Positions 1 to 8,100 of a stretch of 28,320 nucleotides of DNA are shown one piece after another. The notes under the pieces are model-generated. The model saw only the letters and a list, made by a program, of their open reading frames with translations. It was not told the origin of the DNA and did not search any database. The number at the start of each line of letters is the position of its first letter. Position 1 is the first letter of the stretch. The DNA is taken from IMG/VR virus record IMGVR_UViG_3300014204_000586; one strand, written 5' to 3'. The stretch is from a virus. Position numbers and translations under genes: made by a program.

Positions 1-69
1 GAAGGAACCGACAACGAGGCCGCATATATAGAAACACAGCAAGCACCAGAAGAACTAATAACCGCATAA
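1..69 (+). CDS. 3' end of an upstream gene (partial, EGTDNEAAYIETQQAPEELITA*), probably a head-tail connector by position
   Basis: Frame 1 is open from the window edge to TAA at 67-69 and lies directly before the neck genes. Function is inferred from synteny only. Confidence 0.45.
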   Translation, partial: EGTDNEAAYIETQQAPEELITA

Positions 70-86
70 CGAAACGAGGCGGTACT

Positions 87-410
87 ATGGCAGATGAAGG
101 CCGATTTATGCCCATGCCGAAAACCTGCACGATTCAAACCCCTAACTATAGGGGTAGATATCACCAAAAATATCTAACTCCACCGGTTACGGTTCCTTGT
201 GAATACGTAGTCGAGATACTGACGGCTTCCGGAGAGCCATATATTAACTCAGGTTGGGTTATGTTCCCTCCAAATACCGACGTAACCAACGAAAGTATAA
301 TTATCGTAGAGGGGTTAAACGCTCCGGTTAAAAGCGTTAAAATGGAAGAAGACAAGCGCAGAAGGATTATAAGAGGCATAAAAGCAACTTTAGGGCATGA
401 GAAGGTTTAA
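87..410 (+). CDS. Putative head-closure / head-tail adaptor protein (107 aa)
   Basis: SD-like GAGGCGG upstream. Beta-rich size and position before the gp10-like gene match head-closure proteins. Confidence 0.6.
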   Translation: MADEGRFMPMPKTCTIQTPNYRGRYHQKYLTPPVTVPCEYVVEILTASGEPYINSGWVMFPPNTDVTNESIIIVEGLNAPVKSVKMEEDKRRRIIRGIKATLGHEKV

Positions 411-412
411 TT

Positions 413-787
413 ATGGTTCAAACTTCCGGCGTTACTGGCTTAGAGGTCTGCAAACGAAACATTAAAGCAGTTAAAAAGAAGTATGTTGAGCAGGGAGCTA
501 AAGCTCTGGAAGCATGGGGCCGGAAAACAATGGACGATTCAAAAAATAACTACTGTCCAATAGATACCGGTCTCATGGTAGGAACCGGTAACATTCAAAT
601 GATACGTGGAGCTAATCGAATAGAAGTAATCCTTTATTATAATACTGATTATGCGCCTACGGTCCATGAAAAGGCCGGGGTATATCATCCAATCGGACAG
701 GCTGGTTTTTTAAGAATCCCCTTTAATAATCATGCTCCTGAGTTATTGAAAACAGTAGCTCAGTATTTAAAGGCGGTTGGTATATGA
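413..787 (+). CDS. HK97 gp10-like neck / tail-completion protein
   Basis: Motifs CPIDTGLM, YYNTDYAPTVHE and GQAGFLRIP match the P-v-DTG-L...YA-VHE...G.A.FL..P signature of this family. Confidence 0.8.
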   Translation: MVQTSGVTGLEVCKRNIKAVKKKYVEQGAKALEAWGRKTMDDSKNNYCPIDTGLMVGTGNIQMIRGANRIEVILYYNTDYAPTVHEKAGVYHPIGQAGFLRIPFNNHAPELLKTVAQYLKAVGI

Positions 788-1161
788 CAGACTGGACCGA
801 TGATTTAGCGGATATCATAGCCGGGCAGTTTCCGGCGGTTGATATCTATTTTGAATACCTAGACCCGAATGTTAAAAACTGCATAGTCTTAAAAACTGAA
901 CCGGGAACAGGTGATACTTACTATTCGGGTGGTAAGTCGATATATAGGGGTGCAGTGCTTCTAAATGTCCGTAATATTGATCTTGAAACAGCAAAGAATA
1001 TTGCACAAGACTTATCTAACTATCTACGGTTGATAACTAACCGCTCACAGGGTAACACTTTCTTCGAAAGGATTTCCTGTAATGGTTATTATCATGTAAA
1101 AAGCAGTAATCAAGAAGGAAACATATACAGTATAAACATTGATGTAAAATATCAGAGGTAA
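784..1161 (+). CDS. Tail terminator / minor capsid-type protein (125 aa)
   Basis: ATGA overlap with the upstream gene, canonical position before the tail tube gene, and a C-terminal Y-S-I-N-I-D-V strand typical of tail terminators. Confidence 0.65.
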   Translation: MTDWTDDLADIIAGQFPAVDIYFEYLDPNVKNCIVLKTEPGTGDTYYSGGKSIYRGAVLLNVRNIDLETAKNIAQDLSNYLRLITNRSQGNTFFERISCNGYYHVKSSNQEGNIYSINIDVKYQR

Positions 1162-1165
1162 TGAA

Positions 1166-1903
1166 ATGGCCGTACCTGAAGACGCTAAAGATACTTGGTT
1201 AACCGTTTTTAAGATAGACAATATTGAAATAAACGGGCTTAACCTCGATGTTATGCCAATTCCTGACGGTGAATTTGCCGACAAGAATACAAGCACATAC
1301 CAAACCGGCAGATATGCCAGATTTGGGAAAAACCAGTTTGATGCCGGAAGCGTGGACATATCCGGAATAAAGATTCCCGGTGATGCTGGACAGATTGCAC
1401 TTAAAAACGCACTTGGAGACACGAAAACACATACATTTCAAGTTATACTAACTGAGCTTGGAGTTATCTTTGAATACCAGGCTCTTGTTATGCAGTTCTC
1501 TCCTTCAAGCGAGGACAATACAGCAACCTTCACAGGCAAGCTGAAAGCATCAGGTGAATTTATCGAGACTACAAGTTATGCATCAGTCTCGAAGATCGAG
1601 ATAACTACAGCTACGGTAGTTATACCTGCAACCGTCGAAACTACCTTCCCTGACTCTGTAAGTGATGTAGTTATAACTGAACTCACCGGGACCGCTACAG
1701 AAACTATAAAAGTTACCGCTGCCTCTGCTACTTACATAGGGTATTCAGTAGACAACGGTTATACATGGACCGAACTAACTACCGCTACGATATCCGGCAG
1801 TATAGCGTTAGGTTCTGCAGGAACAGTTAAAAAAATAATAGTAAGAATTGAAGAAGAAAACAAAGCAACCAGGTTTGTAAATCTCTGGATTGGAAGAGCT
1901 TAA
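1166..1903 (+). CDS. Major tail (tube) protein with C-terminal cadherin-like beta-sandwich domain
   Basis: Tube-like N-domain (DAGSVDISG..IPGDAGQIAL, FTGKLKASG). The C-terminus (ETIKVTAASA...SGSIALG...IIVRIEEENKATRFVNLWIGRA) fits a cadherin-like sandwich. Confidence 0.8.
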   Translation: MAVPEDAKDTWLTVFKIDNIEINGLNLDVMPIPDGEFADKNTSTYQTGRYARFGKNQFDAGSVDISGIKIPGDAGQIALKNALGDTKTHTFQVILTELGVIFEYQALVMQFSPSSEDNTATFTGKLKASGEFIETTSYASVSKIEITTATVVIPATVETTFPDSVSDVVITELTGTATETIKVTAASATYIGYSVDNGYTWTELTTATISGSIALGSAGTVKKIIVRIEEENKATRFVNLWIGRA

Positions 1904-2621
1904 AGGACTTGATAAAGTGATAGCCAAAACCCCATTTATAAACGGTCTTACCCTCTCGTTTCCTATCGGGTACTTTCCCGATTTGTTCATGTGTGTGAAT
2001 GCCAGGACAAAGAAATCATTTGTTAAGAACCTAATGGACATGGAAGATGAGAGCAAAGGCGGCGAAGGAGTACCAGAAGAAGTAATTATTGAAATGTTTC
2101 GGGTTGGTCTCCTTCATATTAAGCCTGCTTGCACCTTCGAAGAGGCACAGGAGGCCGTACAGGACTATCTTATAACCTATGGTCATAAGAAACTCGATGA
2201 AAAGCTCATTGACGCTTTCGTGGACAGCGGTATTTATGACCGTGAATATGTCGAGAAACAGCGTAAGTTTTCGGCTGAGCTCGAGAAAATCAACGATGAA
2301 AGAGAAATGGCTCTTATCAAAAAAGCTCAGTTTGAACTTGAGCGTTTAAATGGTGCTATTGATGATCTCATATCGAAGGCCATACAGGAAAATCTAATTG
2401 ACAAGGCAGACATACCCGGCAACGAAGACCAGGCCGACGGAGGAGGCACAGGAGAGGAAAACGAAGAGGTCCAGGACAATATACCTAAGTCTAAGCCTGT
2501 TAAGCCTTCAGCGGTCAAAGAAGAGCCAAAGCCTAAAGCTGACCCGGCTAGAGTGAAGAGTAATAGGCGCAAACCTCGCCCAGGTAAAGACCCTTTGGAG
2601 CCTCCGGAGATCCTGATATAA
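1890..2621 (+). CDS. Tail assembly chaperone (gpG-like); start is TTG 1890 or GTG 1917
   Basis: Lies between the tube and tape measure genes. Charged, low-complexity C-terminus. Contains the slippery heptamer CCCTTTG at 2591-2597. Confidence 0.75.
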   Translation: MEELKGLDKVIAKTPFINGLTLSFPIGYFPDLFMCVNARTKKSFVKNLMDMEDESKGGEGVPEEVIIEMFRVGLLHIKPACTFEEAQEAVQDYLITYGHKKLDEKLIDAFVDSGIYDREYVEKQRKFSAELEKINDEREMALIKKAQFELERLNGAIDDLISKAIQENLIDKADIPGNEDQADGGGTGEENEEVQDNIPKSKPVKPSAVKEEPKPKADPARVKSNRRKPRPGKDPLEPPEILI

Positions 2622-2989
2622 ACATATCAGATCTTGATGTTTATACTTTCATAGACAAGCTCCAAAGGGCTGCTTATCATGCCTCAGGGTGTCGGGTCTT
2701 ACCCTCTCAATCATTTTATATGACGTTGGCCGAGCTTGAAATTATCCTCTCGGTTGGGTTTGACTATCAGGAAGAATTAGTTATACGCCATGCGGACTTA
2801 AAAACGGCAATTTTAAACGCTCCACGGGTTGAACGTGAGGGACACGGATTATTTAAAATAACTGACTTCTTGCCTGAGGCTTTAAAATCTAAAATAACTG
2901 AAATTTCGGAAGAGGAACAGGTAAAAAGGATATATGCAAGGGGTGAGGCGTTAGCGGCAAAATGTAGGGAAAAATTTAAGAAGAGTTGA
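2588..2989 (+). CDS. Tail assembly chaperone gpT-like frame, expressed as a G-T fusion by -1 frameshift
   Basis: The -1 frame is open from 2588 (after TAA 2585-2587) to TGA 2987-2989. The gpT-like motif LPSQSFYMTLAEL begins upstream of the ORF-track ATG at 2720. Confidence 0.75.
   Translation, partial: RPFGASGDPDINISDLDVYTFIDKLQRAAYHASGCRVLPSQSFYMTLAELEIILSVGFDYQEELVIRHADLKTAILNAPRVEREGHGLFKITDFLPEALKSKITEISEEEQVKRIYARGEALAAKCREKFKKS
2591..2633 (+). other. Programmed -1 ribosomal frameshift signal: C CCT TTG plus downstream hairpin
   Basis: X XXY YYZ heptamer in the correct phase. Stem CTGATAT (2613-2619) / ATATCAG (2624-2630) with an AAAC loop, extendable by GATC pairs. Confidence 0.75.
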
Positions 2990-2993
2990 TAAC

Positions 2994-5096
2994 ATGGGTT
3001 TGACAGTCGGAACACTCTTAACACGGGCGGCTTTAGATGTAGACGGTGCCAGCTTCGGGAAACTTGACACTGCGATAAATAACGCAACTACTCATTTATC
3101 AAAAATGTCTACGGAGTCCCGGTTGGCTCTATCTGCAACCGTCGCAAGTGTTCCCGCTGCCATTGGTGCAATAGCGGGCGCAGGGCTCGCAGTTGCTTCT
3201 AATTTTGAGGATGCCAGTACAACCCTTACCGGGTTATATGGCAATGTTGATATAGCGCGTGAAAAGTTTCAGAACCTTTCTGCTTTTGCTGCAAAAACAC
3301 CTTTCGAGTTTCCTGAACTTCTTGACGCTACGGTAAAACTAAAAGCCTACGGTATCGAAGCAGGCGATTATCTTACCGTCCTCGGTGACACTGCAAGCGC
3401 AATGAATAAAACGCTTGATGAGTCGGTTGAGGCTTTAGCCGATGCTCAGACCGGGGAGTTTGAAAGGCTCAAAGAGTTTGGAGTTAAGGCCATAGATATT
3501 ACGAAGAAAAACGCGGAACAGTTAGGCGTATCTATGGCCGATGTCGGTAAAACTGCATTAACATATACTGACAACTACGGGAAGCAGCAAGTAAAAGTTA
3601 TTGATCGAAATAACAGAGAGGCCATAACCGCCGCTCTTGTCGGTGTAGATGGGATTTTCCAAAAGTATACCGGCGCAATGGAAGCAAGATCAAAAACTCT
3701 CTCGGGTCTCTTGTCTACATTGAAAGATAATGTAACAATGGCTCTTGCGGACCTTGTCGGCTTCGATATGGAGACAATGACCGTACAGGCAGGTTCTCTT
3801 ATGGGTGCCATTGAAAGCCTCGTTAAAGCCGGTATAGGGCTTACTAACTGGCTGACAGGCATCTCTGAACCTGCCCAAACGTTCATTACTGTAGCCGGTG
3901 CAGGCATAGCTATTACTGCCGGGCTGGCTTCAGGGTATATCCTTCTAGGGGTTGCAGCTTCAGCAGCGGCAGCAGCTCAAACAGTCCTTGGTTTTTCATT
4001 ATCGGCGGTATTGCTGCCAGTAACCGGGATCATTGCAGGACTGGCTTTACTGGCTGCCGGGCTTTATTACCTCGATGAAAAAACCGGAGTAGTCACATAC
4101 TCTTGGAACTTACTAAAAGACATATTCACTATAGTTACATCTGAAATATTACGAGCTGCCGAAATACTCCGAACAGGAGTAGGCCAGGTTATAGACTGGA
4201 TCAAAGAAAAGATAATGAGTTTGATTCCCGAGAATCTAGTATCCGGGGTTACAAGTGCCATTGACGGGATAGTAGGGCAGTTTGAAAGGCTTGGTATAAA
4301 TGTACATGAGAAAGCCGAAAACATAAGAAACGATGGTGAAACAGTCAAGACTACCGCCGATGGGATGGGTACGTCTTTCGGGAACGCTGCAACCAATGTA
4401 CAGGGCTCTAGTACTATAATGAGCTCTGCCTTTAATGTGGTTGGCTTTGATGCTAATCAAATGAGTTCTATCGTCTCCGGAGCAGGAACTAATATGCAGG
4501 GTTCCTTTTCTCAAACCGGGACAAGTGCAACGGGTATGAGCTCTTTGGTTACTTCTGCCGGAACTAATATGCAGGGTTCCTTTTCCCAAACCGGGACAAG
4601 TGCAACAGGCATGAGCTCTTTGGTTACAACTGCCGGCGGTAACATGGTTACTTCTATGAATAACGTCGGTTCATCAGCAACTCAAATGAGCAGTGACGTA
4701 TCAGCGGCAAAAACAGGAGTAGAAGCTCTTACAACATCTGTAAATATCGCCTCCGGAGCTAATCGAAGCTATGCAGCAAGTTTTAAGGACATCTCAAAAC
4801 TGTCAAGCGAGGCAGCTAGCGCAGCGGTTAGCGCATCCTCTAAGATAGGTGCAGCTTTGAAAACATCAGCCGATCAGGTGGGTAACGTTGCCAGTTTAGC
4901 CGGTAAATGGAACACAAGGGCAAAAATAGGTATAACTTCATCTGGAAGTAAAGGCACAGGAGAAGGTAACGTTAAAATCATTCCTGCAAAAACGACAACG
5001 AACAACAATACAACAAATAACACTACAATAAACATAAGTACAACTAAATCTAGCTCAAATGTCGTTTCCGATGCAAAACGGAGTGTAGGAAAGTAA
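2994..5096 (+). CDS. Tape measure protein (700 aa)
   Basis: Tape-measure motif TPFEFPELLDATVKLKAYG...LGDTASA, hydrophobic Ala/Gly segment, Ser/Thr/Gly-rich repeats, and position after the chaperones. Confidence 0.92.
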   Translation: MGLTVGTLLTRAALDVDGASFGKLDTAINNATTHLSKMSTESRLALSATVASVPAAIGAIAGAGLAVASNFEDASTTLTGLYGNVDIAREKFQNLSAFAAKTPFEFPELLDATVKLKAYGIEAGDYLTVLGDTASAMNKTLDESVEALADAQTGEFERLKEFGVKAIDITKKNAEQLGVSMADVGKTALTYTDNYGKQQVKVIDRNNREAITAALVGVDGIFQKYTGAMEARSKTLSGLLSTLKDNVTMALADLVGFDMETMTVQAGSLMGAIESLVKAGIGLTNWLTGISEPAQTFITVAGAGIAITAGLASGYILLGVAASAAAAAQTVLGFSLSAVLLPVTGIIAGLALLAAGLYYLDEKTGVVTYSWNLLKDIFTIVTSEILRAAEILRTGVGQVIDWIKEKIMSLIPENLVSGVTSAIDGIVGQFERLGINVHEKAENIRNDGETVKTTADGMGTSFGNAATNVQGSSTIMSSAFNVVGFDANQMSSIVSGAGTNMQGSFSQTGTSATGMSSLVTSAGTNMQGSFSQTGTSATGMSSLVTTAGGNMVTSMNNVGSSATQMSSDVSAAKTGVEALTTSVNIASGANRSYAASFKDISKLSSEAASAAVSASSKIGAALKTSADQVGNVASLAGKWNTRAKIGITSSGSKGTGEGNVKIIPAKTTTNNNTTNNTTINISTTKSSSNVVSDAKRSVGK
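4485..4634 (+). repeat. 75-bp (25-aa) tandem duplication in the tape measure gene
   Basis: GGAACTAATATGCAGGGTTCCTTTTC.. starts at both 4485 and 4560. Protein reads AGTNMQGSFSQTGTSATGMSSLVT(S/T) twice. Confidence 0.95.
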
Positions 5097-5171
5097 TTAT
5101 CACAATAAGGTTAAAATCCAGGAAGTTGCACAGCTGACAAATAACACAAGAAGGAAAGTGAGTGTATCAAT

Positions 5172-8100
5172 ATGGCAGGTGAAACAAGATTTATAACTTG
5201 GTCAGGCGGTCCGGCAGGCGATTATATTACCGACGGTACGCACGACGAAGCCGAAATTAACACGGCTATGAGCTGGTTGAATTCAAACCCAGGCAATATA
5301 TTAATAATGCGTGGAACTGGAAACGTAAACAGTCCCCATTATTATAATATCGAAGCTCAGGTAAAAATAGCAAATAACATGAAGTGGACCGCAGAAGCCG
5401 GCGTTATGCTATGGGTACCTGATGGGGCGTGTGGAACTAATACTACTAATTGCGTTTTTCCGAACGGTACGCCAGTCATAGGCCAACTTAATACATATGT
5501 TGCACATGTTGAAATATCAGGGTTTTCTATCTCCGGAAACTGCAATAATCAAAGTACTGTCTTAGGATATGCTCACGGGGTTTTGCAGTCTACAGGCTCC
5601 GGAGTAGAAAGGCTATTTGGATTCAAAGGCGTAAGCGGGACCGGCTCCAAATGTACAGACATCTATATCCATGATATACACGCCATGGATTCATGGGGCG
5701 AGTTTTTACATCTGATGTACGGCAGGGGAGAGATTAAGATATCTAACTGCCTAGCTGAAAATCATCAGCATGATTGTGTTATGTTAATAGAGGTCGATGG
5801 AGACGGAAACGAGATAACCGACTCTACCTTCTACGGGATAACTGACGGATGCGTAAGGCTTGATAACTGTAAAAAGATACCTGTTCACGATTGTTATATG
5901 TTAGCATACTCCGGGACCCATAATAACGGTGCTACTAAATACGGTCATAACGGTATGCAAATAGCAAACGAGAGTAACAAAACACTCCTAACAAATGAAA
6001 TATCGGTTTATAACTGCTATTTCGAAGGTCCTAATCTTGACGGTATTTGGCTTAATGACCAGTTGAAAACAGCAGGCTCAGCCGATCAGTCAGTATATAT
6101 TCATCATTGCAAGTTTTCTAATCAGATTGCATGGGCAGATTGGGCTTATTGGTCAAGTGGAATTACTTTAGGCGCATGGGGTAACGGTGTAAAAATCGAG
6201 AGCTGTACATTTGACGGATGTTACGCCAACGGAATACAGGTTTATAGCGTCATATCCTCCGCCCAAACCCATAAACTAGAAATCGAAAACTGTAATATTA
6301 TTAATACAGTTGGGTTAAGGGCAGGTTCTTCTAATGGTCCATCGGTTCAGGGATGGGGACTTTATAACGCGGTTCCTACAAAAATGTCAATAGTTGCCAA
6401 AAATAATTACTTAGCTGGCAACATAAACGGAGATTATAAAAATGTAACTCCTGTTACCTCATCTACTTCTTTGATATCAGGAGCAGAGCCGGGCGGAGGC
6501 TCGACTATTGATGATGATGATTCAGATTATGTCCCGCCTGAATCATCCGGAGTTTATATTCCTGCATCTGCCTCTATAATCGATACTGACTTCAAATATG
6601 TACCTAGAGCGGATGATGATTTCAGAAGTTATATAAACGGCGTTCCGTTCGAAATGGTTAGATTTCTGCCTGTAGGCCAGCGCGGTATAAGTGAATCTGA
6701 AAGCCCTTCTTTCGAAGGAACTAATTTAGGGGATCTCGGGCTCAAAGGCTGCGAAATTGAACTCACGGGTTTAGCTGCCGATATCGACGAGTTGTATAAA
6801 ATAAAGGCTGCCTTTGCACAAGAGGGCAGGTCATTCTTAGAGCTTGGAGGTTCTAGGAAAGGATACTTTGTTAGCGGTCTAATGTCAACTCATGGATCAA
6901 CTGAAGATATGAGTCAGGGAGACATAGCCGGCGAAAACATCATATTCAATGCTACAGTTAAAACAGAATTCCCTTATCAAGAAAAGATGATTAAGGCAGT
7001 AAGGGACCACTATGTCAATAGTTCTTGTATAATCTCATCCGATGATATACACAGTGGCAATGTAGTTAAGAATAATAACTTTTTAAATTGGTCAGTGCCT
7101 CAAAACCTCGTATGGGAAACTATACCCGGTCCTTCATCGGCTGACCTTCAGAATGTTAAATACTCTCCTGAACTTCAAATGTGGATGGCAGTCGGAAACA
7201 GTGTTTCAGGAGCAGACCCGCAGTGTATTATCTCCGGACGTTCGGTTATTCCGGATCATAGCGGATATAAAAATCATGGGCTGGCTTCCGGAGCTTGGGA
7301 AAGCGTGACCGGCGGCGGGGTGTCATTCAATGGTATTGATTCATACGTAGCAATACCAGACCCGGAAATAACAAACACTTCCAATTATTCATTATACAGC
7401 CGGTTTAAAGTTGGTGCTTCTGGTGTTATTCAATCTTTAGTAGGTATAGCGAAATCAGATTCAAACGTTCAAATGTGTAATATTACCCTGAATACCTCAA
7501 ATCAATTATTACTACAGCATAGGGATGATGCTGGACATATTGCGAATGTATCCTCATCAATTAATGTAAATGATGGGTTAGTTCATGAGGCAGTAGGCAC
7601 CAGAGACGGAGACACGTTTACTATATACCTCGATGGGGTCCAGGTCGGGCAGGTAATTAACTCCACTATCGGGACCACAACCACGGATAGAGCCGCAATT
7701 GGATGTTTACCGAGGCTAAGCTCCCGGTATTTATTTACCGGGGAAATATACGAAACTAGGATATTCTCGGATACTATCCCATCTGGAAGTATATCTACTG
7801 CCGGCACCAGGACAACAAACCGTGTAAGCTCCTTTAACAGTCCAACAACTGAAGAGCCGGGTAATTCTTGGATAACTCCGCCTTGGTGGTCTGCCTTATC
7901 AAGTAACCGGAATAACTGGAAAGGTCTTGAGTGGTGCCCAGATTGGGGCATGTGGGTTATTTCGTCGGTAACTTCCTATTTAGGGGTTGATGATAAAATT
8001 GCCTATACTGCCGATGGGGCAGAATGGTTTATAGTAACTACTCCGAGCGACTCGAATTCATGGGCTAACCTTCTATTTATTCCGCCTAACTCGACGGTTC

